64,000 nucleotides of DNA. It comes from Octopus vulgaris (lineage: Eukaryota). The first letter of the stretch is position 1; each line of letters starts with the position of its first letter. The stretch covers positions 35,588,001 through 35,652,000 of the forward strand of contig OX597815.1 of NCBI GenBank assembly GCA_951406725.2, in the 5' to 3' direction. Both the position numbers and the translations under genes were made by a program. Under the pieces are notes generated by a model. That model did no database searches. It had not been told where the DNA came from and saw only the letters and a list, made by a program, of their open reading frames with translations. Positions 24,145-38,653 of this stretch are shown piece by piece.

Positions 24145-24895
24145 GCATCGACCCCAGTACTCAACTGGTGCTTATTTTATCGACGCCGAAACGATAAAGG
24201 ACAAAGTCGACCTCGGCGGAATTTGAACTCAGAACGTGACGAGGGACGAAATACCGCTAAGCATTTCGCCCGGCGTGCTAACGATTCTACCAGCTCGTTG
24301 CCTTGTTTCCGAATAACATTCTTTTCTATTCTAGGTACATGGCCCGAATTTCTGGGTATGGAGGCCAGTCGATTAGATCGATCCAGTATGCAACTGGTAC
24401 TTAATTTATCGACCCCGAAAGGATGAAAAGCAAAGTCGATCTCGGCGGGATTTGAACTCAGAACGTAAAGACAGACGAAATACCTATTCCTTTACTACCC
24501 ACAAGGGGCTACACACAGAGGGGACAAACAAGGACAGACAAACGGATTAAGTCGATTACATCAACCCCAGTGCGTAGCTGGTACTTAATTTAACGACCCC
24601 GAAAGGATGAAAAGCAAAGTCGATCTCGGCGGAATTTGAACTCAGAACGTAAAGACAGACGAAATACCTATTTCTTTATTACCCACAAGGGGCTAAACAC
24701 AGAGGGGACAAACAAGGACAGACATAGGTATTAAGTCAATAACATCGACCCCGGTGCGTAACTGGTACTTAATTTATCGACCCCGAAAGGATGAAAGGCA
24801 AAGTCGACCTCGGCGGAATTTGAACTCACAACGTAACGCAGACAAAATACCGCTAAGCATTTCGCCCGGCGTGCTAAAGTGTCTGCCAGCTCGCT
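24145..24895 (-). mobile_element. SINE family A multimer (three units plus an adjacent monomer)
   Basis: Repeating units of about 183 bp joined at aaatacctatt. Confidence 0.85.
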
Positions 24896-25040
24896 GCTTT
24901 GTTTCTGAGTAATATTAAGAAGGGAATAAAAACGCATGGCCTGTTGAGGAAAAGTAATTGTGTTGCAATGCGATTATGTTTGGTGAACCTGGATTGCGTA
25001 TAGAGGAGAATCCGAGCCTTTCCTGACCATTTGTGTAGAC

Positions 25041-25274
25041 CAGTGGTTCTTATATATATAAGATTTTATTGTTCGAATTTATGTGCAATGAATTGTTTAT
25101 ACTTCTACAATACGCAAGATACTGTAATTTTGGTGGGACAGTTCCTAATAATATTTAATTTATAAAAATACAGTTAGATAATTTTTTTATATACAGTAAA
25201 TAACTATGGAGGTCCAGTAAAGTTAATAAAGGAATCACAGGGGTCCATAGGCAAAATATGGTTGAAAAACACTG
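25041..25274. mobile_element. hAT (Charlie-like) MITE
   Basis: Termini cagtggttct / gttgaaaaacactg; degenerate 8-bp TSD gtgtagac / ctgcagat (5 of 8 match). Confidence 0.55.
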
Positions 25275-25771
25275 CTGCAGATAGTCAACGGCCGATGAGT
25301 TTGACGTGGCTATAAGTTCTTAGGACTCTACCCAGATACATACATACATGCATACATACATACACACGTACGTACGTACGTAGTGAATAGCTTCCTAGAT
25401 TCTTAGTCAAGATTCGAACCCCTACGAGGTCCTTCCTATTCTTCTCGGCACTTGCGCTAATTTTTCGTTTCTTAGCTGCCTTGACCTAAGTTTGACTTGA
25501 ATGGTTAATGAAAGAAGAGAAACTAATATGTATGTGGCAGTAGACTCTCAAAAACTCGTTCTTGAAGAAAAAATGCCGAGAATAATAGAAAAGAATTCGT
25601 AGAAAAATCTAGACTGAGTTTCGAATCTAGGAAGCTATTCGAGGTTGGTAGGTAGTGTAATCTTTGTTTTTAATGTTCGGTAATAATAAAAACAATTTTA
25701 CTGTAATCTTATGGGTTACTATATACATTTGTAGAGTACAAATTTATTATTCTTATACAAGAATGTTGTTG

Positions 25772-25816
25772 ACAGTGACTTCGAAGTTTCGGCCAGCTAA
25801 GCAATCGTCGAACTGC
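25772..25816 (-). ncRNA. Degenerate hammerhead motif
   Basis: Helix I gcagu/acugu and GAAAC-UUCGAA-GUC are intact; the core reads UCGACGA and stem II is decayed; next to (TA)n. Confidence 0.45.
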
Positions 25817-25817
25817 A

Positions 25818-25900
<83 letters not shown>

Positions 25901-26409
25901 TGTATGTATGTATGTATGTATGTATGTATGTATGTATGTATGGATGGATGGATGGATGTATGTATGTATGTATGTATTATTATTTTTTTTAAGAAAAAAG
26001 ATAGAGTAGGAGTGTGCGATTGTTAATGAGCACATTACATGTGCTCAGTGGTGGACAACATTGACATAAGTACAATCCACTGCGTTAAGGGTGTATTGCA
26101 TTCCTGAGTTTGCCGCAGGGCGAAATCGTGTAATGAGGAATTAATTTTCTCATTGATTTTACAAACGGTTTTGAAAAAAGAAGAAAAGCTTCAGAACCTC
26201 TTTTAATTATGAAAATATTTTCAAGATGTAGATAGTACAATATATTTATATAAAAACATTTGAAAATAAATACATTAGAGACTAGGCATGACTCATAATA
26301 TTCTAAAGGGGTACGTTTTTACTTCGAAAGATGTTGACTAAAGTGTGAGGATGCGGGACACTATCTTCTTCCGTACAGTTTAATCATCATTAATATCTAG
26401 TTGATTAGT

Positions 26410-26620
26410 AAGGTGGCGAGCTGGCAAAATCGTTAGCACGCCGGATAAAATGCTTAGCGGCATTTCATTCATCCTTACGTTCTGAGTTCAAATTCCCCCG
26501 AGGTTGACTTGCCTTTTATCCTTTCGAACTCGATAAAATAAGTACCAGTTGAGCACTGGGGTCGGTGTAAATCGACTTCTCAACTCCTCCAAAATTGCTG
26601 GCCTTATGCCAAAATTTAAA
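26410..26620 (+). mobile_element. SINE family A monomer (older tail)
   Basis: aaggtggcgagctggcaaaatcgttagc head, B-box and core. Confidence 0.8.
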
Positions 26621-26779
26621 ATCAATATTTAGATAGGGCGTGAAGAACTTATCCATAGTTGTTTGATATTTATGGTGCATCATCCTCAATGGTGGAACTA
26701 TCCACTTTGTAGACACCACATATAATCTTTTTTTCCTTCCCGATTGCGGTCGTTATCAGCAAAAACTTAAATGCCCTCT

Positions 26780-28032
26780 GGTGCTACTATAGTGTGATAT
26801 CTACCTTACTATTTGTGATCTACCGTAAATGGCAATGCACTCTACCAAACAACCCACTTACGGCCTTCAGCAATTAATTCTAAGCTATTTAGTTGTTCAC
26901 ACTAGCACCATGCTGGCCAGAGACTTTTACTCAAGTGATGATGAAACGGTGTCTTTTTTTGAGAGAGCACAATCTTATTGACCAGGTAGGAAATGTGTCT
27001 CCTTGTCATAAATGCGGGACACAAATGAAAAAAAAAAAAGAAAGAGGATTAGAACCGGAGAATTCTGGCCAATATTGAGATGTCCAAATAAAAGGCGCCA
27101 AGCTCAGTTCGGGAAGGAAATCAGTTTTTGCACTATACCGTCTTAAATGGGAAGATGAATAGCAGATTGAATGTGTTAAAATTTTAGAATTATTGTCCTA
27201 TTTTATTCACGAAATCCTGATGAGTACTTTACTGGAAAGTTGCCTACTACTATTACAGACTGGTTTAATATGTGTCGTGAAGTTTGTAGCGTGATAATAT
27301 CACACCAAACGAGGAGTGAAATGATTGGTACACAGGAAAATCCTATACAGATCGACGAGGCATGGTTTGCTGGTTGTTGTAAATATAACTGTGGTCGTAT
27401 GTTGACTGGTGATCAACCTCCGAACTCAAAGGAATCTGATGACGAACTTAGAAGAACCATGGGGCATAAATGGCCCCTGAGTTTTTGGTCTGTAAAATGG
27501 GCTTGATTGTCGGTACTTTTATGTTCAACGAAGAGATAGGGTCACTTTGATTCCTATCATAGAACGTGAATGTAAGCTTAGCTCTATGAGTAGCCGTCCT
27601 ACCGTTGCTTAAAGAATATCGGCTATCAGCACAAAACCGTCAATCATCAAGTGTATTATATGGACCCGACATCAGGACCTCACATACAAGCTTTTGAGCG
27701 ATCGTGGCTTGAGGCCAAGATTGAAATATTCAAGAAAAAAAAGAAGCGTACCTACTCAACATTTTCAATCACTTTCGGATCATTATTGTTGGAAAATACT
27801 TAGGAAGAACGATGACCTGTTTACTGCTTTTTTTTAATGATATCAGATCAGTTAACAAACACTAAAATCAATATCTGATGATTTAAAAAAAATTATATAT
27901 AATGTGTTACTGATTTTGAATAAATTTTACACAAGCTGTTTGTTATACTCCTTTCTTCTTCTAGTATAAATGTTTAATGATTTTTAACATATTTCACATT
28001 ACCAACATTTGGTAGATATCATATCATGGTAG
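26780..28032 (+). mobile_element. Merlin (IS1016/IS1595-related) DNA transposon relic
   Basis: Fragments PCHKCG, DWFNMCREVC, IQIDEAWF..KYNCGR, VQRRDRVTLIPII and GYQHKTVNH...HIQAFERSW, with multiple frameshifts. TIR-like 26784-26805 versus 28011-28032 (18 of 22 match). Confidence 0.88.
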
Positions 28033-28039
28033 AAAATTA

Positions 28040-29164
28040 ATGGCGCGCTTAAAGTAGAATTTCGCCGACTTAGGATCTTACCACACTTGTGTGTTACTGA
28101 AATGTTTAACAAAATACTTAACTATTTAACATAGTGAGATGAATATTAGATGACTCACTAAAACCTTCATATAAATGAATAATTTTGACGTCAGTTTCCT
28201 ATCAGGGAACACATTTCAGTTGATCGTCAACAACGTCTCTCTTCTGTCTGCCATCCCTTCTCTCTTTTATGTGTGTGTTTGACATAAATACAGAAACGAA
28301 TACCTCACTAAACTAGAACATCAAAAGTCATGATTCTCACGATCCTCCAGTAAATTTCCCATAATTTTATAGGTTCCGAAATACCGCCAGAAAAACTAGC
28401 TGTGATAATAGGCCATCGATGTACACAGTCGTAAAGGTGCTTGACCTCTGCTTAGGATATTGCATTCATGATCACAAAATCTTGATTTCGATTCTACCAA
28501 CTTCACTTAAATTGATTGCAAAGAATATTACAAACGTTTTGGCATTTATAGAGGAAGGTGGGTGCTACTATTGTATATCCAACATCCATTATGTAGATAT
28601 ACTATAGTAGAAAATGGATGTTGGATATACAATAGTAGCACCCACCTTCCTCTACAAGTGCCAAAACGTTTGTAATATTCTTTGCAATCAATTTAAGTGA
28701 AGTTGGTAGAATCGAAATCAAGATTTTGTGATCATGAATGCAATATCCTAAGCAGAGGTCAAGCACCTTCACGAGTGTGTACATCGATGGCCTATTATCG
28801 CAGCTAGTTTTTCTGGCGGTATTTCGAAACCTATAAAATTATGGGAAATTTACTGGAGGATCGTGAGAATCATGACTTTTGATGTTCTAGTTTAGTGAGG
28901 TATTCGTTTCTGTATTTATGTCAAACACACACATAAAAGAGAGAAGGGATGGCAGACAGAAGAGAGACGTTGTTGACGATCAACTGAAATGTGTTCACTG
29001 ATAGGAAACTGACGTCAAAATTTATTCATTTATATGAAGGTTTTAGTGAGTCATCTAATATTCATCTCACTATGTTAAATAGTTAAGTATTTTGTTAAAC
29101 ATTTCAGTAACACACAAGTGTGGTAAGATCCTAAGTCGGCGAAATTCTACTTTAAGCGCGCCAT
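28040..29164. repeat. 1.1-kb palindrome (arms about 551 bp, 22-nt spacer)
   Basis: 28040-28590 is the reverse complement of 28613-29164, with about 8 differences counted by eye. Confidence 0.97.
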
Positions 29165-29249
29165 ATAAGCCCGCATAATTTTTTAATTCTTGGTTTCAGA
29201 AAACTTGTGTACTCAGAATTTGTGTACTCCACACGGGAATTCACACAAC

Positions 29250-29826
29250 TATATATGAATATAAGTATACATATATATATATATATATATACATACACAT
29301 ATATATATATACACACGCGTATATTCACACATATATGTATACACACACGCACACACATATATATACACAAACAAACACACATATATATACACATATATAT
29401 ACATATATATACACATATATATATACATATATATATATACACATATATATACACATGTATATATACACATATATATATACATATATATACACATATATAA
29501 ACATATATACATATATATACATATATATACACACACATAAATATATATACACATACATATATATATATACATACATATATATATATATATATATACATAC
29601 ATACATATATATATACACATACATATATATATATATATACATATATACATATATACATATATACACATACATATATATATAAACATATATACACATACAT
29701 ATATATACACACACACATATATATACATATATATATACACATATATCTATACATATATCTATATATGTATGTATATATATACATATATATATAAATACAT
29801 ACATATATATACACATTTATACATAC

Positions 29827-29858
<32 letters not shown>

Positions 29859-29860
29859 TG
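29250..29860. repeat. Compound (TA/CA)n microsatellite
   Basis: Direct reading. Confidence 0.95.
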
Positions 29861-29884
29861 ATGTGAATAAACTTTAAATTCCGT

Positions 29885-32378
29885 CAGTACGCAGTGAGTT
29901 TATGAGTGGGATAAATAATTTGTCCTGTGATGCAAGCTGGAGGTTTTTCAAAGAAAGAGTGTACGAGATTTGTAGTAACATTCTTGGCTTTGTTGTAAAA
30001 AAAAAAACACCAAGTTTGGTTTGACGATAATGATGAAGTTAATCTTATCTTAGAGGAGAAGCGAAAGGCAGTGGCTACATATTTCAAGGCTGTAAAAGCA
30101 ACAGTGCAGAGGAATTGGTGGTGTGATAGATGCGATAAAATCCAAGAAGCCTCAAATGCTAACAATTCTAAACTTTTTTACTCTCTTGAAAAATGTTTAT
30201 GGACCAGTTTCATCAAAGGTTGTGCCACTTCGGTGCAAGGATGGCACAGAATTATTAACAAATCCTAAAGATATTGTTGGGAGGTGGAAAGAACATTTTG
30301 ATGAGTTGCTCAATAGACCCACTGAAGTTGATCTCTCTTTTCTTGATAATATACCCGAGAGACCAATAAAACGTCTTATAGCAGAAGTTCCAAACCTGGC
30401 TGAAATAAAAGCAGCAATTAGGAAATTGAACAATGGAAAAGCCCCTGGTATGGATGGACTAGATGCAGTGATATATAAATATGGTTGTGATCATCTTTGT
30501 GCAATGCTGACGGATGTGATTCCTCCGGATTGGCGTGATGCAACTATTGAGATACTATATAAATCTAAAGGTGGAAAGGATGTTTGTGATAATTATCGCG
30601 GCACCTGTCTGTTACCTGTTGCTGGAAAGGTCCTTTGTAGGTTAATGCTGGATAGATTGCTTCTGCACATTGCTGATGAGGTTCTACCAGAATCGCAATG
30701 TGGGTTTAGGGATAGTAGTAGTACTATTGATATGATATTTTCGGCTAGACACTTGCAAGAGAAGTGCATCGAACAGGATATGGACTAATACCTGGTTTTC
30801 ATTGACCTAACAAAAGCGTTTGACTCTATCAATAGAATTGCACTTTGGGAGACCCTAAAAAGCTAGGATGCCCTGAAAAATTTGTGAGAATTTCATAACA
30901 AGATGGAAGTGAGAGTTAATGTTAGGGGTACCTTATCAGATCCAATTTCTGTAGAAAATGTTCTAAAGCAAGGTGATATTCCTGCTCCTGCACTGTTTGC
31001 TATACATTTCGCAATAGTCTATCAAATAGCTTTTAAAGATTGCCTTGAAGGGGTCTACATAAGATATAGGACAACAGGAAAACTGTTTAATCTCAAAAGA
31101 CTCTGTGCCAAAACGAAAGTTCTGCATTCTCACCATGTTGAGTTTCTGTGTGCAGATAATTGTGACCTGTTGGCACATTCTCAGAAAAATATGCAGCACA
31201 AAGTGAATGCGATTTCTGCAGCATGTGCAGTATTGGGTCTAACAATCAATCTAAAAAAAACTGTTGTAATGTACCAGCCCGCTCCCTCCAAGATGTATGT
31301 GGAACCTTTTATAACTGTGAATGGTCAAAGGTTGGAGACTGTACCTAGATTTAGTTATTTAGGAAGTACCTGGAGCACTGCTGGTCTTGATGATGAAATT
31401 TCATACAGAATCAGCAGGGCTAGTAATGCTTTTCGTAGGATTGATAGGCGTCTGTAGAAACAACATAATATATCTTCACGGATTAAAGTGAAGGTATGTA
31501 ACACATGCGTCTTCCCATCAATGTTATATGGAAGTGAGGCAAGGGTTGTTTATTGTAGGCAGGTAAGGTAATTGGAACGATTTCATCAATACTGTCTGAG
31601 AAAAATTTTGGGGATAAACTGAAAAATGTCCATTAATAATGTGGAGGTGCTTGAGAGGAGTGGCAGTAGAAGTATAGAGTCAATGATTTTGCAAAGACGT
31701 TTGAGGTGGGGGGAGAACATTCGGTAAGGATGAGTGATGAGCGACTGCCCAAGCAGCTATTGTATGGTGAGCTGGAAGATCGTAGGTGACCAGCGCATAA
31801 GCCTAAACTAAGGTTTAAGGATTGCGTTAAAATTGCTCTAATAAAGAGAGGAATTGCAGCTTGTAATTGGGAGAGGGAGGCACAAGACCGTGATGGATGG
31901 GGGAAGATAGTGCATGATAGTTGTTCAAGGTTTGAGAGGGAGAGAGTGAAGTATGAGAGAATAAGGAGGGGGCTTAGAAGGGGGGAACCTGTGGAAAGAG
32001 AGAGAGTTTTGCTTTTTATATGTGTGGCTTGTGGGCGGAGGTGTTTGAGTCGTGCAGGCCTGGTGAGCCACGAAAATTCTTATAGAAATCGACCCATGAT
32101 AAACAATGATGTGGCTATTAAAATTCATAGCAAAACGTGTCTAAAATGTGGAAAGGTGTGCCTCTCAGTTGGAGGTTTAAAAAGATATGTTAAGAGAGTG
32201 CATATGGTGGCACCTGTTACTCCTGCCAGCCAGCACAGTTGTCTAGTATGTAATAAAATGTGTAAAACACTGGCTGGGCTTAAAAGTCATATAAGAGCAT
32301 CACATGGCAACAATCATGAATCATGTCAGTAAGTCTTCTTGGCAATGGTTTTTCTCGTGCAACGAGGATGCAGCTGTT
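29885..32378 (+). mobile_element. RTE-BovB-like LINE, 5'-truncated, ORF2 pseudogenised
   Basis: RWKEHFDELLN, GKAPGMDG, DNYRG, LPESQCGFR, FIDLTKAFD, LKQG, LCADNC (decayed YADD), FSYLGS; C-terminal C2H2-like fingers; stops and frameshifts. Confidence 0.95.
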
Positions 32379-32473
32379 ATATGTATATATGTATGTATAT
32401 GTATGTATGTAAATATATATATATGTACGTGTGTATATATGTATGTATATGTATGTATGTACAAATATATATG

Positions 32474-32529
<56 letters not shown>

Positions 32530-32569
32530 AGTATATATGTTTATATATATATATATATATACACACAAA

Positions 32570-33083
32570 AAAGATAGATGGCATGACAGGCCTCGACTAT
32601 TGGGGTCGACTAGAAAAGCTAAAACTCTATTCTCTCCAACGTCGTCGTGAGCGCTACATCATCTGCATGATGTGGAAAATATTCCATCAGCATTGCCCAA
32701 ATGATGTTGGCATCACCTTTAAGGTACATCCAAGGCTTGGGCCCCGTGCCATCCGCCCAAAACAAAAATCGCACTCTCATCTCATAACAACAATACGGCA
32801 CAATTATTTCACCTCAATTGGCCCCGCTCCCTTTAACATTACACCAAAACACATTAAAACAGAAACTGACCCTATAGGGTTCAAGAAGTCTTTGGACAGA
32901 TTCCTTCAAGAAATCCCGGATAAACCCCCTACACCCGGATATGTCTCTGTAAACAATAACTCTCTACTTGAGTGGGCCATAGTGCCCAAATTCTGACTTG
33001 AAAGACTTCACCAGGTGGTGCTATTAAGTTAGACATGGCCTGGGCCAATAATGGCCGAAACCTATCAAAGTATCAAAGTAAAG
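32570..33083 (+). mobile_element. CR1-group LINE 3' end
   Basis: Open to 32996: [22 protein letters not shown]...FKKSLDRFLQEIPDKP; short 3' UTR ending (tatcaaag)2. Confidence 0.85.
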
Positions 33084-33117
33084 TATATGTGTGTGTGTGT
33101 GTATGTATGTGGGGGGG

Positions 33118-33471
33118 TGTAGAGGCGCAATGGCCCAGTGGTAAGGGCAGCGGACTCGACGTTGTAGGATCGTGGATTCGATTCCCAGACCGAGTGTTGT
33201 GAGTGTTTATTGAGCGAAAACACCTAAAGCTCCACGAGACTCCGGCAGGGGAGGGGGGCACCCCTGCTGTACTCTTTCACCACAACTTTCTCTCACTCTT
33301 TCTTTCTGTTTCTGCTGTACCTGTATTTCAAAGGGCCAGCCTTGTCACACTCTGTGTCACGCCGAATCTCCCCGAGAACTACGTTAAGAGTACACGTGTC
33401 TGTGGAGTGCTCAGCCACTTGCACGTTAATTTCACGAGCAGGCTGTTCCGTTGTAACAGACGGAGTGCCAG
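33118..33471 (+). mobile_element. SINE family B, tail type 1
   Basis: Homologous to 14892-15277. Confidence 0.88.
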
Positions 33472-33479
33472 GTAATATA

Positions 33480-33540
<61 letters not shown>

Positions 33541-33613
33541 GTATATATACATCTGTATATATATTTGTATATATATATATATATGTTTATATGTATATAT
33601 ATATATATGTATA

Positions 33614-33653
<40 letters not shown>

Positions 33654-33735
33654 TATATATATGTATATATATATACCTTATATATATATATATGTTTATA
33701 TGTATATATATATACCTTATATATATATATTTATA

Positions 33736-35083
<1,348 letters not shown>

Positions 35084-35086
35084 TAT

Positions 35087-35173
<87 letters not shown>

Positions 35174-35174
<1 letters not shown>

Positions 35175-35450
35175 CAGCTCATCCCATATGTTCTGTCCGA
35201 TTTTACCTTTTTTAAAATTGAATGAAATTTAATAGTATTTTAGAATGTCTAATGGAATTAAAATTATTTTTATGCATTTGTGTACATTTAAACTAATTAG
35301 ATATTATAATACAGAATAATAAAATTAAAATTTCTTTGAATAAAACCCTTTCTAACATGTAAGTATCCAAATAACATTTAAGGCACATAATGCTTTATGA
35401 GTACAAAAAAGGAAAGTCTGCAGCCGAAGCGACTCGAAACATACACTCAG
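35174..35450 (+). mobile_element. Mariner transposon 5' fragment
   Basis: HLRHIMLYEYKKGKSAAEATRNIHS matches the mariner N-terminal HTH; candidate TIR after TA near 35174. Confidence 0.75.
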
Positions 35451-36185
35451 AGATCTTCGATGCTGCCATCCCGAACTACAACCGGGCTCTGGCTGCCAGC
35501 GATTTTAAGGATAGTATTAGTTACATACCAGACCCTATCCCCACCAAGGGAAAGCGCCACCGGAAAGTACTGTGGTTCACACTGCCATTCTCTTTAAGCA
35601 GTAGATAAGAACTTCCTTTGTTTAATTGATAGACACTTTCCTCGTACCAATATAGTTTACGAAATATTTAATAGACATACTCTGAGACTATCTTTTAGCT
35701 GTGCACCTAGATTAAAAAAAGATTTTAGTAGGTAGACCCAGACCCAAGACTGAAGCATGATGCTCATGTAGGGTTAACACAACTTGTCCACTAAACGGCC
35801 AATGCAATACAGAAACAGTTGTTTCCGAGGCAGAAGTACAGCTTCAGGACCCAATGGACAACCGATCGTGCAGAAATATGTGGAGGCAACGGAAGGCCCC
35901 TTCAGAACCCGCTATAATAACCACAAGTCCTCATTTAACATTCTAGAGAGACTAACGCCACGACCCAAGCCAAGCACAACTGGGCTTTAGAAGAAAGCAC
36001 CACGGAGTACAGCATAAAGAGGAAGATCATGGAAAGATGCAATCCGTACTTCAATAGTAGCAGGAAGTGCAGACTATACGTGGCTGAGAAGAGATCGATT
36101 TTAAAAGGTACCTAACACCCAGATGTTTACCTCAGTAACAGGAGCGAGGTGTTTAGTCCTTTTCTGCATGAAAAAAAGTATATTC
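35448..36185 (+). mobile_element. Penelope-like element C-terminal linker and GIY-YIG remnant
   Basis: EIFDAAIPNYNRAL, RKVLWFTLPFS, CSCR..CPLNGQC, YVEATEGPFRTRYNNHKSSF, KCRLYVAEK; frameshifted. Confidence 0.85.
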
Positions 36186-36702
36186 TGTCGTACCTACGCG
36201 ACCCACCATGACTGCAACCACAGGTCCCGTGCCTCGACCTTCCGTAAACGACCTCCCGCCAATGCCCTTGGGCCCACCAAAAAGATTTTGACCAAGACAC
36301 ACACCAACGCACCCATGTACACACGCCCATCCCCATAAGGCGGACACCCCGCATATAATTATCCTCCAGCACATACACCCTCACGTAAATTGTACCCCCA
36401 CATATAAACAGACACCCCCCCACACACACACACACACATACACATATATTACACACCGTACCTAATATATAAAAAACACCAAAGTGTTGTCCTTTACAGA
36501 AAGAAAACAGAGCAACGAACACAGCGCTATATATATCTACACCCCGCGAAAAATTTATACATATGACACCGCTACACATACTATACACCACGCAGAAACA
36601 CCACATTATTAATACAAACTCTTGCCGACTTCACAACATACCTAACCAAGGGACATAACTCCCAGCTAAATCCCTGGGCCTTTTTTTCATTTCACCGACA
36701 CA

Positions 36703-36852
36703 CGACGGGCTTCTTTCAGTTTTCCGTCAACTAAATCCACTCACTTTGATCAGCCCGAGGCTATCGTAGAAGACACTTGCCCAAGGTGCCATGCAGTGGA
36801 ACTGAACCCGGAACCATGTGGTTGGGAAGCAAGCTTCTTACCACACAGCCAC
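36703..36852 (-). mobile_element. SINE family C, 5' half
   Basis: gtggctgtgtggtaag head and caccttgggcaagtgtcttct CORE-like segment. Confidence 0.85.
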
Positions 36853-36891
36853 GACCACATATAAATCTCTGAACGAGGTATAGGGCACAGA

Positions 36892-37126
36892 AGGCGGCGA
36901 GCTGGCAGAAACGTTAGCTGGCCGGGCGAAATGCGTAGTCGTATTTTGTCTGCCGTTACGTTCTGAGTTCAAATTCCGCCGAGGTCGACTTTGCTTTTTA
37001 TCCTTTCGGGGTCGATAAATTAAGTACCAGTTACGCACTGGGGTCGATGTAATCGACTTAATCCGTTTGTCTGTCCTTGTTTGTCCTCTCTGTGTTTAGC
37101 CCCTTGTGGGTAGTACAGAAATAGGC
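36892..37126 (+). mobile_element. SINE family A monomer with TSD
   Basis: 13-bp TSD atagggcacagaa at 36880-36892 and 37127-37139. Confidence 0.9.
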
Positions 37127-37245
37127 ATAGGGCACAGAAAGTGTGTCAATAGCCAGCTGGAGATGATGTTCTCCCGGAGCTACAAGCTACAGTAGCATCC
37201 ACCCTTAGTGGTTAGCCACATTTAAGTGGCAAATATACTTCAAAA

Positions 37246-37344
<99 letters not shown>

Positions 37345-37691
37345 TATTGTGTGTCTTGCTTATAGGAAAATAACGAGATGGACACAGTTGAAATACTTTC
37401 AATCATAGGTTTACTTAATCAGGACCATCCCGAGATTAAACAACAACGACAATCAAATATTTATCCGCTGATATTCATTTTATCAATTAAACTATTACTC
37501 ATTCTCTGAATGTGAATCTCCCATAATTAACATCTAACTGATTTTTTTGACAGTTTTATCCCAAACTAACATTACTGATTTAAGTAGGTAGCTGTGTGCG
37601 TCAAATTCATAAGCACTGAGTACTCAACTATAACCACGGGTTAATAAATTTCAAGTGCAATGATATAGCCTCTAGGATGTCTATAATGTGT

Positions 37692-37744
<53 letters not shown>

Positions 37745-38499
37745 TGTGTGTGTGTGTGTTTCACTGTAGAAGTTCCATTCCCAAATTAAATGCAACTGAA
37801 TACAAGTAAGGCTTATCTATTCCTTTATTTAAAATACGATACGTCACAAAGTCTCTTTATTTTTGAAGTCAGAAAAGTCTCCAGAATACATCAGCTTACA
37901 AAAAAACCTGTCTATCTTTAGTAATCACTAGTGTATCTTTCAGAAACAAAATATTTGTATCTAGAAAACTTTTCGTTCTTGCGACCTTAGACTACACTCA
38001 AAAACATTTATGCACACGTACACTTATCAGCGTTTGTATAACTATTTTTGTTTGTGGATAACTGCGTAGTGAGTGCAAATTTTGTTGTGTAGATGTCACG
38101 TATGCACTCATAACACCGACCTGTGTCTACCTATTGAACTACAGCAGTACAAGATAATATATTAAACAAATGTTATCAGGGAAGATAACACTCATCTGCC
38201 ATAAATATAGTAAGATCCTGTTAGTATTAGAATATTTGGTTACAAATTTCTAGAATGAGAAAGCTAAGTATGGCAATACTGAATTCATGAACTGAAACTA
38301 GATTAAACTAAACAACGATGGTCCAACGGCAACACCTACAAAACATAGGCAGGACCATTATTGAAATAAATAATCTGCTTGCGTCAGATATGATAGAGAA
38401 ACCGTGTTTCATGAGCTGGAATCAAAATAGAAATCCACTACGCAGTCGTTTGATGTGCTGGAGATAGTAACCAAATCTCTATCGAATTACTCTCACAAA

Positions 38500-38653
<154 letters not shown>

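Larger units (their letters stand above)
22713..24199 (+). repeat. Near-identical tandem duplication (about 22713-23430 and 23465-24199)
   Basis: Two copies differ mainly in the (TA)n tract and in short SINE-A-derived patches at and near the junction. Confidence 0.9.

Noticed and set aside
26893-27865. Bacterial IS1595 contamination or horizontal transfer
   Set aside because: Motifs (DWFN.CREVC, KYN.GR) fit eukaryotic Merlin; it is decayed and embedded among host SINEs.
28419-28784. Two convergent near-identical 60-62 aa ORFs
   Set aside because: By-product of the palindrome; no recognisable domain.
29152-29816. Long YI/CV/HT-rich ORFs (also 33342-34019, 45620-45959, 48458-48806 and others)
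   Set aside because: Stop-free translations of (TA)n, (CA)n and (TACA)n microsatellites.
31910-32332. Host C2H2 zinc-finger gene
   Set aside because: Collinear with the RTE ORF2 C-terminus and followed by the LINE tail.
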